The notes: generated by a model from the letters alone, not told the origin. Shown: positions 47,681 through 59,280, counted from the first letter of the stretch. The stretch: 64,000 nucleotides of DNA from an uncultured Gammaproteobacteria bacterium (GCA_964504535.1 CAZDED010000001.1:101804-165803); one strand, 5' to 3'. Numbers and translations are program-made.

Positions 47681-48640
47681 TTATCCTCCTACGAAATAAA
47701 TTATAAATATAACAAGAAATCCCCAGATGATAACGGATGCGAGAAGTGGTCTATCTGTAAGAAGTACTTTGTCAGGACTTTCTCCCTCTTTTTTCTCATA
47801 AATATCTTGCAAATATCTCATGACTCCATAAATTACCGGAATAATTGTTACCATGAGCCACTTTCTGTTGAAATATGTCGGAAGATATTCTGGCAGTAAA
47901 ACGTCTAGTCCAATATGGAGTCCTTTTGGAGTTGCAAGAAAAGTAAACAATCCATAAAAGACAAATGTTGATGTAGCAAAAATTGTTGAGAAAGAATCAA
48001 GTAATGCTTCTGAATAATGAGATAACGTCTTTCTGACCTCATCAATTTTTGCACCTTTAACATTTTGCAGAAGCGTTAACTCAGATCTTCTCTTTCCAAC
48101 TGCAAGAAAAAGAGATAGAGAAACTGCAGTCAAGAGTAACCAAATTGACGTATGGAAATTTGAGATAGCTTCCCCCGCGAGTATTCTTAAAATGTATCCG
48201 GTCGCAATAAAAAGGATGTCAAATATTGTTATCGATTTAAACACGGTAGAATACAATATTTGAAGCAATATATATGAAATAGCGATAACAGTAAAAAGAT
48301 AACTGGTGTTTAGCGCTATAATAAAGGCTGCAGTAAGGATCAATGCTAATAAAAATACAGCTTCCGGAACTGAAATAATTCCGCTGGCAATTGGTCTCAT
48401 CTTTTTAAATGGATGGAGCCTATCTTTTTTTACATCTAAAATATCGTTGAATATGTATGTTGCTGATGCGAACATGCAAAAAGCAATAAACCCACTAACA
48501 ACCTGGGAAAGGAGATCTAATTCAAATAATTTACCAGCAAAGGTAACGCCCGCAAACAATGCAAAATTCTTAATCCATTGCCTTGGACGCAATAACTTCA
48601 ATATATAATATCCGTGTCGTAACATAATTTTACCAATCAT
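47681..48640 (-). CDS. UbiA-family prenyltransferase (decaprenyl-phosphate phosphoribosyltransferase-like).
   Basis: The Asp-rich motif is NDILDVKKDRLHPFKKMRPIASG and the product has ~8 TM helices. Confidence 0.75.
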   Translation of the reverse strand: MIGKIMLRHGYYILKLLRPRQWIKNFALFAGVTFAGKLFELDLLSQVVSGFIAFCMFASATYIFNDILDVKKDRLHPFKKMRPIASGIISVPEAVFLLALILTAAFIIALNTSYLFTVIAISYILLQILYSTVFKSITIFDILFIATGYILRILAGEAISNFHTSIWLLLTAVSLSLFLAVGKRRSELTLLQNVKGAKIDEVRKTLSHYSEALLDSFSTIFATSTFVFYGLFTFLATPKGLHIGLDVLLPEYLPTYFNRKWLMVTIIPVIYGVMRYLQDIYEKKEGESPDKVLLTDRPLLASVIIWGFLVIFIIYFVGG

Positions 48641-48664
48641 CGCTCGACTAAAATCGGAACGATT

Positions 48665-49717
48665 TTAGTCGTAGTCTTCTTTCTTGCCAGCTACTCGCAA
48701 CATAAATACAAACCCCAATACGACAACTCCCACCAACATTATAACAAAAAGTTTTCCACGACTAGAGACACTTAAAGCAACAACCCCCAAAAGTAATGAC
48801 ATGAACCAATAAAAAACGGCTATGCTTCTATGCCCCATCCCATAATTTAATAGAAGGTGGTGGAGATGTCCTCGGTCATGCCAGAAGGGAGATTTTTTTG
48901 CTAACAATCTTCTGATTATTGTTATAGCAGCATCAACACTTGGCACTCCCATAACTAGTACTGCGGTTGCCAGTTTCACCCCTGAAGTTATAGAAAGTAT
49001 TCCAATAAAATAACCAAGTATAGTGGCACTGTAGCCAGGGAATATTTTTGCTGGATAAAAATTGTAGACTAAAAATCCTAGAGACGCACCACCTACAATA
49101 AAAGAGATCATTGATGTTGCGTAGCTTAATTGCTCAGTTGAAACAAATCTAAAAGCCGCAATACCAATAACAAAAGCCGAGATTGCAGCAATGCCTGGCA
49201 TTTGTCCATCAACTCCCTTACTCCAATTCAACATATTCATAACCCACACGATCCAAATGATTGCTAAGAGATCTCCCAGATGAAAGGTTTGAGACAAAAT
49301 GACAAATTGAAAATTAGTAAAATGCAAAATTCCTCCTAATGGATTTGTGATAAAGGGAACAGTAACTCCTGCATATACAGCAATGGCTGCTGTTAGAATA
49401 TTGATTCCAAACCGTATATATGGAGACAGATCAAATTTGTCATCCAAAACTCCGGTAATAACTACGATAAGGCCTCCAACAAATATGGTCTTGATGAAGT
49501 TATCAAACGGAACAAAAATAATCGCTGCCAGTGCAATTCCAATATAAATAGCAAGACCTCCTGCCCTTGGGATTGGTTTTTTATGTAGAATTGCAGGATG
49601 AATATGTTTTTTGGGATCATCCATCAATTTGGCTTTCTTTGCGAATTTAATGATAAAAGGAACTGCAACTACTGTAATGAGAAAAGCAATAATAGGAGCT
49701 AAAATTAAATTTTGCAT
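48665..49717 (-). CDS. Polyprenyl-phosphate N-acetylhexosamine-1-phosphate transferase (MraY/WecA family, GT4 superfamily). The likely start is the Met at 49717.
   Basis: It is a multi-TM protein. FVGGLIVVITGVLDDKFDLSPYIRFG has the conserved DDxxD-like loop, and HRSIAVFYWFMS is present near the C-terminus. Confidence 0.7.
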   Translation of the reverse strand: MQNLILAPIIAFLITVVAVPFIIKFAKKAKLMDDPKKHIHPAILHKKPIPRAGGLAIYIGIALAAIIFVPFDNFIKTIFVGGLIVVITGVLDDKFDLSPYIRFGINILTAAIAVYAGVTVPFITNPLGGILHFTNFQFVILSQTFHLGDLLAIIWIVWVMNMLNWSKGVDGQMPGIAAISAFVIGIAAFRFVSTEQLSYATSMISFIVGGASLGFLVYNFYPAKIFPGYSATILGYFIGILSITSGVKLATAVLVMGVPSVDAAITIIRRLLAKKSPFWHDRGHLHHLLLNYGMGHRSIAVFYWFMSLLLGVVALSVSSRGKLFVIMLVGVVVLGFVFMLRVAGKKEDYD

Positions 49718-50085
49718 TAAAATGTTAGAAATAATATCTGCAAATAAGCAAGCAATCCAAGTAATAAAATCAGAAAACAATTAAACAAAACAATCCTTGA
49801 GATAAGAACATATTTAGTATAAACAAAAGTCGCCAATAAAACATTCCCAACAAATATAGCAACAAGTAGCATAGGCAAGATAATTGTAATATTGGAACCA
49901 ATCAGTCTTTGTTCACCCCAAGGCATGCTATTAAAAAATGGGATCAGCGGAGGAAGACTTCCATATGTGACAATTATTATGGTTATGAGAGGAACAATAA
50001 AAAGAATAGACAACAATAACGATATCCTTACAAATTGGTCACTCAATACTGTACTAAATTTCTCTTTCATAAATTTTGGTTCCAT
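49717..50085 (-). CDS. Small 3-TM membrane protein of unknown function.
   Basis: It has hydrophobic helices only. It is wedged between two glycan-pathway genes with overlapping ends. Confidence 0.3.
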   Translation of the reverse strand: MEPKFMKEKFSTVLSDQFVRISLLLSILFIVPLITIIIVTYGSLPPLIPFFNSMPWGEQRLIGSNITIILPMLLVAIFVGNVLLATFVYTKYVLISRIVLFNCFLILLLGLLAYLQILFLTF

Positions 50086-51520
50086 CCATGATATACCTCA
50101 ATTGATACGATGATAGTATGTTGTCGACAACAGGTACATCCATTGTTTGTATTATATATTTTGGTTGTTCTTTATCAATCTGCTGTTTCGTTATTGTGTC
50201 TGCATTTTTATAGAATGTGATGTGATAAGCAACCACATATTTTCCAATAGGAAGCCTGTTGGAGAGTGCATATATCTGTGCGCTGTCAGACCAGAGAAAA
50301 ACTCTTTCATTGCTTTTTATATTCATACGGATAAAATTTGCTATGTCATAATCCCGAGGGGTATTCCGGTCAAAAAATGCCTCGTACTCAACGATGTGCT
50401 CTTTGTTCATTATAAATTTTAAATAATTACTGTAATAAGGAATAGAACGGAGATAGATCTGAAAATGGAAATACGCAAAATAACAAATGACTACAATTGC
50501 AACCACGTTAACTATGCGTAATTTTACTTTCTCAAATAATTGTCCTATCAAAAGAGAAAAAACCGGAAGAATTACAAGTGAATAATGTATATAAGGTCTT
50601 TCCGAAAAGAATGCGTTATACAAAGAAAATATCAACCAGAGATAAATAAACAAAGAAGTCTTTGATATCCTCGTTCGATTCACGAAGATTATCATCAAAC
50701 CAACGGATAATAAAATGGTTTTAATAACGAGTATCCCCATCGGGAATATAAATCTATTTTGCTCTCCTACGTACGAAACATTCTGCAGAAATACAGCGCC
50801 GATAAATTCCTTTGGGATTCCCAAAAATAAGAAAAATACAAAACATATCACAAGAAGTAAAATGGTTGATAGAAAAAAATCTAAGAAACGCCTAACGTTT
50901 TGATTTGAAATCACAACTCTACTTGAAAATAAAATGAATGTCATAAATGCTGCAAAGTCAAAAACGGCAACTATCTTTGTGATGACAGCAATTGACAAAA
51001 GCAACCCTGCATAAATAAGTTTTTTCCTTTGTTTGTTTTCGAGATAAGAATAAATCAAATAAGCTGCGCTTATAATAGGAAGTAACATAAAATTCTCCGC
51101 GTTGGCTATATTTCCTTCCAAGATAGGTAGACCAAAAAGTATCGAAAATACCGTTGTCGAAATGTAAAATGACAGAGGATTTTCAAACATTTTTTTTGAC
51201 AACAGAAAAAAGATTACCGTTGAAAATAAACCGGCAAATAAAGATAAAAGTTTTATCAAATAAAGATTCCCATTTACTAATGCGTAAATAATGTAAAGAA
51301 GTGGCGGCTTATTATCCCAAATATCTTTATATAATGTCTTTCCTGAAAGCAAAGCTCTTCCAATCACTTGATATATTCCCTCATCGCCGTACCAATGAGG
51401 CTCTATAAGAGAGGGGATTCTAAGAACTACAAAAACAGTGCAAATAACGAGTAAAAACCAGGCATCGCGATACTGGTAGAAAGATTTTGACTTATAAATT
51501 CTCAAAAAAAAACTTTTCAT
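50054..51520 (-). CDS. GT-C fold membrane glycosyltransferase (family 39/83, ArnT/PMT-like).
   Basis: There are about 11 TM helices and an N-terminal loop (PHWYGDEGIYQVIGRALLSGKTLYKDIWDNKPPLLY) matching the PMT_2 / ArnT N-terminal motif. Confidence 0.65.
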   Translation of the reverse strand: MKSFFLRIYKSKSFYQYRDAWFLLVICTVFVVLRIPSLIEPHWYGDEGIYQVIGRALLSGKTLYKDIWDNKPPLLYIIYALVNGNLYLIKLLSLFAGLFSTVIFFLLSKKMFENPLSFYISTTVFSILFGLPILEGNIANAENFMLLPIISAAYLIYSYLENKQRKKLIYAGLLLSIAVITKIVAVFDFAAFMTFILFSSRVVISNQNVRRFLDFFLSTILLLVICFVFFLFLGIPKEFIGAVFLQNVSYVGEQNRFIFPMGILVIKTILLSVGLMIIFVNRTRISKTSLFIYLWLIFSLYNAFFSERPYIHYSLVILPVFSLLIGQLFEKVKLRIVNVVAIVVICYFAYFHFQIYLRSIPYYSNYLKFIMNKEHIVEYEAFFDRNTPRDYDIANFIRMNIKSNERVFLWSDSAQIYALSNRLPIGKYVVAYHITFYKNADTITKQQIDKEQPKYIIQTMDVPVVDNILSSYQLRYIMDGTKIYEREI

Positions 51521-51525
51521 GTAGA

Positions 51526-53025
51526 TTAGACTTTCTCAGTGACTTTGTACTCTAATCTTTTTCCTATAATAAGCTGTATGTGGGAAATTAAAGCAGGAAG
51601 TGCTGACAAGAAAAATCCAGCAACTGGCATGAAAAGAAATTCTACGGGAAAAAGCATCTTTCTAATTCGTGAATGTTTTTCTTGGTTTTTCTTTGGCCCT
51701 AAAGAATAATCTACATAGATCATAGCCAAAATGGAGACAAGACAAAGAGTCAATATGAAAGCAGAGATATGAGGTAGTGTATACCCCAGATTTGTTCTCG
51801 TAAAAACCGGGTTAATTAACGCTACTAAATTTGCAGAAATTGTAATAATAAACCAGTTCACCGGCCACAAGATATGGTCTACAATGACATTTGTAACAAG
51901 CATCGTTTTTCTCCAGAATGGAACATTGGGTACTGTGAGATACCATTTGATGTACGTTGCGTCATCTGCAATTCCCCATGACCATCTCCTCTCTTGATGA
52001 TACTTATTCATCAAACTTCTTCTGTATGAATGTGACATGGCTGCATCCATTGAAGTTTTGAGAAATATCGGCTCTACAACAACTCTTCCCTTCGTTTTGA
52101 AAAAGGCTTTAAAAAATACTCGATAGTCCTCTGGGATCACATCCACATCCCAATTCCCAATGTCCATGAGTAATTTAAATGAAAGTGAATAAACTGAATT
52201 TGGAACTAGACGAGTATGCTGTACAAGAACCGATGTCCTCCAAAGACTTCCAAAGAATGAAATTACTCTTGTAAAAGATGGCACTTGCCAAAAATTGTTG
52301 TATGTTACATTTGCTGATTGCCAAAAAGTGAACAATGGATCTTTAACAGTAAGAAAAGAATATGAAAGATAAGAGAAGAATGATTTATCAAAGAGTACAT
52401 CAGCATCTGCAGATGTCACTGTCATACAATTGATATCAAGCTTACCTGATTCAACTAACTTTTTGTATGCATCAGCGGCAGCAAATGCTTGATTAGACGA
52501 CTTTCCTTTCACTTCATCTGGTAGATCTGGATGGAGCGTATAGTCAAACCCCCCAAATATTTTTTCGTACTCTTTTTTTAACCTATCTCCCTTTGCTGAA
52601 ACGTCTTCTTCTCTCTTCTCAAAAGCCATATAGATATAGATCTGATGCATTGGAAATGTTTGATCATGAATGCTCTCGAGTGTCTCTTTTATTTTTTCAT
52701 AACTTTCCTTATAGCTTGGAATGACGATAAGATGGTGAACTTTAGAGAAATCCGGAAATGCTTTTGCTTTTGCTAACCAGTCAGTCCGCTCTGCACTCCT
52801 GATCTTTCGTGCTGCAACATATGAAGTACCCACTAAATGTACAGATTTATAGAACCAATACACGTCAAAAAAGATTATAAAATAGGAAAGAGCTATCGGG
52901 AAAAAATACGCACCCCACACCGGCATTGTAATCAAAAAAAGTCCTATAACAGGAGGAATGATCTCAAGTGCCCTTCGGGATTTGATAGGATATCTGGTAA
53001 ATAATCTGTCGAGTGTTGTATGCAT
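51526..53025 (-). CDS. Processive family-2 glycosyltransferase (membrane-integrated synthase-type, with a QxxRW motif).
   Basis: It has N-terminal TMs and a cytoplasmic GT-A domain with D, DxD-like (TSADADVLFD) and QERRWSWG motifs. Multiple C-terminal TM helices follow. Confidence 0.65.
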   Translation of the reverse strand: MHTTLDRLFTRYPIKSRRALEIIPPVIGLFLITMPVWGAYFFPIALSYFIIFFDVYWFYKSVHLVGTSYVAARKIRSAERTDWLAKAKAFPDFSKVHHLIVIPSYKESYEKIKETLESIHDQTFPMHQIYIYMAFEKREEDVSAKGDRLKKEYEKIFGGFDYTLHPDLPDEVKGKSSNQAFAAADAYKKLVESGKLDINCMTVTSADADVLFDKSFFSYLSYSFLTVKDPLFTFWQSANVTYNNFWQVPSFTRVISFFGSLWRTSVLVQHTRLVPNSVYSLSFKLLMDIGNWDVDVIPEDYRVFFKAFFKTKGRVVVEPIFLKTSMDAAMSHSYRRSLMNKYHQERRWSWGIADDATYIKWYLTVPNVPFWRKTMLVTNVIVDHILWPVNWFIITISANLVALINPVFTRTNLGYTLPHISAFILTLCLVSILAMIYVDYSLGPKKNQEKHSRIRKMLFPVEFLFMPVAGFFLSALPALISHIQLIIGKRLEYKVTEKV

Positions 53026-53027
53026 TA

Positions 53028-53891
53028 TTAGACTGAAAAAACAGTGCGAAAATTACGCTCGATTTGAGCCTCAAGAGTATTATATGAAATTCCCTTAACC
53101 TTAGCAATGAACTCTAAGATGATAGGGATGTTGGCAGGAGTATTCCTTTGACCTCGCAATGGATTCGGAGACAGAAAGGGACTATCAGTTTCGGTCAAGA
53201 TCATATCCTCTGGAACAAATTTCACAAGATCAACAAGTGGTGTTGTCTCACCGGGTGGAACCCCATCATATGTTATGTTTCCATCAAATCCTACCTTAAA
53301 TCCCATGTCCAAAACCTTTTTCGTAAAATCGATATTTCCTGAAAAACAATGAAACATCCCAGGCGCACCCCGCAACCGATCTTCATAGTCCCCAAGTATA
53401 TTAAGAGTTTCATCCCAAGCAAGTCGTGTATGAATCTGTAAAGGCAAACCAAGCCGTATAGATAGTTCTATTTGTTTTCTAAAAGCATCTTCCTGAAGAT
53501 CGACGGGAACAACTCCATTGGTTCGGTAATTCCAGAAATCCATTCCTATTTCACCAATTCCTATCACTTTGGGCTGCTTTGCCAACTCCTCAAGCTGTTC
53601 TAGCCAGTCCTCTGGCATGAGACCTTCATATTGCGCGTCAGATTTGTCTGCATGATGCGGGTGGATGCCAACAATTGCATAAAGCTCTTCGTATTTTTGA
53701 GCCAATTTGACTGCCTTTTGGGAAGAGTCTATCGATGTCCCAGTGTTTACGATTGTAGAAACTCCTTTTGAGACAGCGTCAGCAATAACAACATCGTAGT
53801 CGTCTTCGAATTTATGAAATTGCATGTGACAATGCGCATCAAGCATAGAGTAAGTATAAAGAATTAAGTATCGAGTATAAAGTGGAAACAA
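53028..53891 (-). CDS. tatD: TatD-family metal-dependent hydrolase/DNase.
   Basis: The N-terminus is MLDAHCHMQF (an HxH motif) and the product has a conserved His/Glu/Asp scaffold (IGEIGMD, LQIHTR, CFSG). Confidence 0.85.
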   Translation of the reverse strand: MFPLYTRYLILYTYSMLDAHCHMQFHKFEDDYDVVIADAVSKGVSTIVNTGTSIDSSQKAVKLAQKYEELYAIVGIHPHHADKSDAQYEGLMPEDWLEQLEELAKQPKVIGIGEIGMDFWNYRTNGVVPVDLQEDAFRKQIELSIRLGLPLQIHTRLAWDETLNILGDYEDRLRGAPGMFHCFSGNIDFTKKVLDMGFKVGFDGNITYDGVPPGETTPLVDLVKFVPEDMILTETDSPFLSPNPLRGQRNTPANIPIILEFIAKVKGISYNTLEAQIERNFRTVFSV

Positions 53892-53919
53892 CTAAAAACT
53901 GAGGACTACAAACTGTTAA

Positions 53920-55605
<1,686 letters not shown>

Positions 55606-55647
55606 CTATCTTTTCGTGCTTCGAATTTAGTGCTTAGTGCTTCCACC

Positions 55648-55953
55648 CTAATTTAGGATGGCTAATATATCTTTTTGTTCAACAATTGTCCACTCTTCAT
55701 TTTCGACCTTTACCTCATTTCCACCCCATTTTTTGTACATTACACGGTCTCCAACTTTTACGACCATTTTTTCTTGTTCACCTTTCGGCGAGACATTTCC
55801 TTCACCAATTGCCATAACAATTCCCTCTGCTGGTTTTTCTTTTGCACTATCCGGGAGAATAATTCCGCTTGCAGTCTTGGTTTCAGGAACAACTGGTCTA
55901 ACCAAAACGTTGGAAAAGAGTGGTTTTATAGTAATATTAGCTGCCTTTGTCAT
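55648..55953 (-). CDS. groS: Co-chaperonin GroES (Hsp10).
   Basis: IKPLFSNVLVRPVVPETKTASGIILPDSAKEKP is the mobile loop, and the product is ~100 aa. Confidence 0.9.
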   Translation of the reverse strand: MTKAANITIKPLFSNVLVRPVVPETKTASGIILPDSAKEKPAEGIVMAIGEGNVSPKGEQEKMVVKVGDRVMYKKWGGNEVKVENEEWTIVEQKDILAILN

Positions 55954-55995
55954 AGAAAATGTCCAAACAAGTCAAACTTGATTGGACTATTTGCA

Positions 55996-56024
55996 TTTAT
56001 ACAAAACCGTTATCAATTTGTCAA
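55996..56024 (-). promoter_or_regulatory. Sigma-70-like promoter for groES-groEL (TTGACA-17-TATAAA).
   Basis: On the minus strand the -35 TTGACA is at 56024-56019 and the -10 TATAAA at 56001-55996, with a 17-nt spacer, ~45 nt upstream of the groES ATG. Confidence 0.5.
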
Positions 56025-56130
56025 GTAGTCTGCTAATTTAGCAGTAGATACGCTTGCAAAAGTAAGCAAAATCTTCTACGCTAATATCATCTTGTATTGC
56101 AGGCTATTAGGCTTGTGACCTTGAGATGGA

Positions 56131-57315
56131 ATGAACATTTTTAAAAATAAATATTTTCTCCTTGGCAATCTGGCTTTCTTATTAATAGTTATTCCTGTCG
56201 TTCTCTTTTTCGTGAAGAATCAAACTTCTACCCGAGGGAGCGCTGCACCCACAAGCACTCTTTCATTTATTGATCCTACAGTGATAGCCGACCAATGCGA
56301 TAATACCAAAACCGCACGACTAGTCCTTAATCCTGGGCAAAATGTGGTCAATAGAATCGCACTAGCCCTGAAGTGGGATAAGACAAAATTTGACGTCGTA
56401 TTTACTCCCAACAAGACTGCGTTCCCTGATATAGCAAAAGACGCTACTCCAACAGCCGATGGCATGACAATTACACTTGCTATCGGTCCTGATGTAACAA
56501 AAGCTATAAATACTACAACTGATGTCGGGACTGTGCAGATAAAACCAATTGCTCCAACAACCAAAGTTGATCTTGAAGTTGACCCGGTCAATACAAAAAT
56601 CTTTTCACTTTCAAGTCAAGATGGAGCAGCCGAAAACGTACTCAATCCCGGAGGACTTGTACCGCTTCAAGTTGCTATAACTGCAAAGGTCTGTACGGAT
56701 GCTACTATTACACCAACAGTCACAAGCACTCAGTCTCAAACATCAATAACACCTACAGTTACCACACAACCAACAATAACTACTGCGGTCACACCAACAA
56801 CTGCACCAATAGCGACAGCTACCCCAACCTCTGGTGTTGCTAACCAGTCACCAACTTGTCTCAATCTAACATCTTCTACGTCTTCGGGTTCAGCACCACT
56901 TTCAGTAACCTTGACAGCAACGGGAAGAGATACTGACGGAACCGTTTCAAAAGCTACATTTAATTTCGGTGATGGATCTCAGCAAGATGTCACCACCGGA
57001 CTTGGGACAGCATCTGTCTCAGCGCAACTGGCACACACATACAATTCTGGAGGGAACTTTACATCTACCGCAGTATTTACGGATAATTCAGGCGCAGTAA
57101 GCGCGACATGCTCACAAGTCATTGCAGTCAGCGGAGCAATTGCGACCATTCCACCCACTGCTACTCCAACCATTGAGCTTGGGAGCTTGAGCCCAACAGA
57201 TACTCCAACAGCAACTCCAACCATCTCAAATCCTGGTGGAGTTAGTGTCACCTTCGGTCTGATTGGTGGAATTGTTCTTGCAATAATCGCCGGCATCTTC
57301 TTACTAGCACTTTAA
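56131..57315 (+). CDS. Secreted/anchored surface protein with a PKD domain and a C-terminal hydrophobic anchor.
   Basis: It has an N-terminal TM/signal sequence and Thr-rich linkers (TPTVTSTQSQTSITPTVTTQPTITTAVTPTTAPIATATPT). A PKD-like domain (FNFGDGSQQDVTTGLGTASVSAQLAHTYNSGGNFTSTAVFTDNSGAVSATCSQVI) is followed by a C-terminal GGVSVTFGLIGGIVLAIIAGIFLLAL segment. Confidence 0.55.
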   Translation: MNIFKNKYFLLGNLAFLLIVIPVVLFFVKNQTSTRGSAAPTSTLSFIDPTVIADQCDNTKTARLVLNPGQNVVNRIALALKWDKTKFDVVFTPNKTAFPDIAKDATPTADGMTITLAIGPDVTKAINTTTDVGTVQIKPIAPTTKVDLEVDPVNTKIFSLSSQDGAAENVLNPGGLVPLQVAITAKVCTDATITPTVTSTQSQTSITPTVTTQPTITTAVTPTTAPIATATPTSGVANQSPTCLNLTSSTSSGSAPLSVTLTATGRDTDGTVSKATFNFGDGSQQDVTTGLGTASVSAQLAHTYNSGGNFTSTAVFTDNSGAVSATCSQVIAVSGAIATIPPTATPTIELGSLSPTDTPTATPTISNPGGVSVTFGLIGGIVLAIIAGIFLLAL

Positions 57316-57440
57316 AGTTTACAATTCTCATTTTTCAATTCACAGTTAGTTTTCACTGAATAATTAAAATAATTAAAGTCAATGAAAATTAAATGGAAAC
57401 TGAAAATTGGAAACTGGAAACTATATTCTGTTTATCCTGA

Positions 57441-59201
57441 TTAAACTTTTAAGATGCTCATGAAAGCTTCTTTGGGGACGTTGACGCGACCGATACTTTT
57501 CATCTTTTTCTTTCCTTCTTTTTGTTTGTCGAGTAACTTATCTTTTCTCGTTCTATCCCCTCCATATAGTTTCCCGGTAACATCTTTCATATAAGCACCA
57601 ATCTTTTCAGATGCTATTACCTTCGCTCCGATCTGAGCCCTTACCGCAATTTGGAAGGAATGCTTGGGAATTGATTTGGAAAGAGTCTCAACAATTCTTC
57701 TTGAGAAAGACTCTGTGTTTGATTTGTGAACTATAAATGACAATTCAGGAACCACTACATCATTTACTGAAATGTCTACCCTTTCCAAGTCAGAATTTCT
57801 GTAGTCTAAAAAGTCGTAGTCAAATGATGCATATCCTGCTGATGCAGATTTTAATTTGTCATAGAAATCGTAGACAATATTTGAAAGTGGCATTTCGAAA
57901 GTCACTTTTACTTGTGATCCAAAATAAGAAACGTCTCCCTCTGTCCCACGTCCTTTATAGACAAGATCTAAAATTCCACCGAGATATTGTGATGGTGTAT
58001 ATACTTCCCCTAAAATGAATGGCTCCTTGATATCATTTTTTGAGATATCAAAATCCTTAGGACTTGAGACCTCAACACCATCTACTAGATAAAGTATGGA
58101 AGGAGGCGCACTGAATACATCAAGATTGTATTCCCGTTCTATCCGCTCCATCACAATTTGTGAGTGTAATAGTCCTAGAAATCCGCAGCGAAAACCACTA
58201 CCAAAAACTGTTGAATAATCAGGAGCAATAACAAGTGCAGCATCGGTTAACTTTAATGAATAAATTGCTTTTCTTAAATTTTGAAAATCTGATGAATCAG
58301 TTGGGTAGATAGACAGGTAAACAAAAGACTTTTGCTCTTTGTATCCCGGTAGACTTTCTCCTGGATTTTTTGACAGCGTCATTGTGTCTCCAACTTTTGC
58401 TTGGGTTATATCTTTGATGTTTGTGATCACATACCCTACGTCTCCATTTTTAAGAATTTGGGAAGAAGTAAAATTGGGGGTCATAAAACCCACGTCCATG
58501 ACAAGAGCTTTAGAATTATCTGACAAAAAGGTTATCTCATCGCCCTTTTTAATATCACCATTTCTAACCCTTACAAAGATGACAATTCCTCTATGCTCAT
58601 CGTATTTACTGTCAAATATGAGTGCTTGCGTTTTATCTCCATCTACAATTGTTGGCGGCGGAACTTTCTCAATTAAAACTTCTATCAACTTTTCTACACC
58701 AAGCCCTGACTTTGCGCTGATTCTTAATATTTCAGATCGGTCAAAACCAAATGATTCAACAATTTCGTTTTCTACTTTTTCAACCTCTGCGCTATCAAGG
58801 TCTACTTTATTGATAACAGGAATAATAGTAAGTCCCAAACTTTTTGCCACATTGAAATGACTGACGGTTTGCGCCTGAATACCTTTTGTGGCATCAACAA
58901 CTAATATTGCTCCTTCGCAAGCATAAAGAGTACGAACAACTTCATATGAAAAGTCTACGTGTCCTGGAGTATCGATGAGATTAAGAATATAATCCTGACC
59001 GTTCAAATTATATTTCATGTGAACTGGGGCAAGCTTTATTGTTATTCCCCGTTCCCGAGAGATTGGATTGCTATCCAAATATTGCTCTTGTTCTAGTTGA
59101 GAACGGGTAAGAGTACCTGTTATTCCCATAAATCTGTCGGCAAGCGTTGACTTGCCATGATCAACATGGGCAATAATTGCGAAATTCCTTATATTATTTA
59201 T
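57441..59201 (-). CDS. lepA: Translation elongation factor 4 (LepA), extended upstream of the ORF-track Met to an apparent non-canonical ATA (or ATT) start.
   Basis: The ORF-track protein starts at MGITGT, but the conserved G1 motif NIRNFAIIAHVDHGKSTLADRF is encoded in-frame immediately upstream with no ATG, GTG or TTG. An AAAGGAGG RBS sits at 59213-59206, 4 nt before the ATA at 59201-59199. The aligned E. coli N-terminus is MKNIRNFSIIAHIDHGKST. Confidence 0.8.
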   Translation of the reverse strand: MNNIRNFAIIAHVDHGKSTLADRFMGITGTLTRSQLEQEQYLDSNPISRERGITIKLAPVHMKYNLNGQDYILNLIDTPGHVDFSYEVVRTLYACEGAILVVDATKGIQAQTVSHFNVAKSLGLTIIPVINKVDLDSAEVEKVENEIVESFGFDRSEILRISAKSGLGVEKLIEVLIEKVPPPTIVDGDKTQALIFDSKYDEHRGIVIFVRVRNGDIKKGDEITFLSDNSKALVMDVGFMTPNFTSSQILKNGDVGYVITNIKDITQAKVGDTMTLSKNPGESLPGYKEQKSFVYLSIYPTDSSDFQNLRKAIYSLKLTDAALVIAPDYSTVFGSGFRCGFLGLLHSQIVMERIEREYNLDVFSAPPSILYLVDGVEVSSPKDFDISKNDIKEPFILGEVYTPSQYLGGILDLVYKGRGTEGDVSYFGSQVKVTFEMPLSNIVYDFYDKLKSASAGYASFDYDFLDYRNSDLERVDISVNDVVVPELSFIVHKSNTESFSRRIVETLSKSIPKHSFQIAVRAQIGAKVIASEKIGAYMKDVTGKLYGGDRTRKDKLLDKQKEGKKKMKSIGRVNVPKEAFMSILKV

Positions 59202-59274
59202 AATGCCTCCTTTCGCGGTTATATGAGCGACAGCGAAATATGATTACTACGTTGCGAATATTGTTCATGTAGAG

Positions 59275-59280
59275 ATTATA
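59275..59280 (-). promoter_or_regulatory. Candidate -10 box (TATAAT) for lepA.
   Basis: There is a perfect TATAAT on the minus strand about 75 nt upstream of the lepA start. No good -35 was found. Confidence 0.3.
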
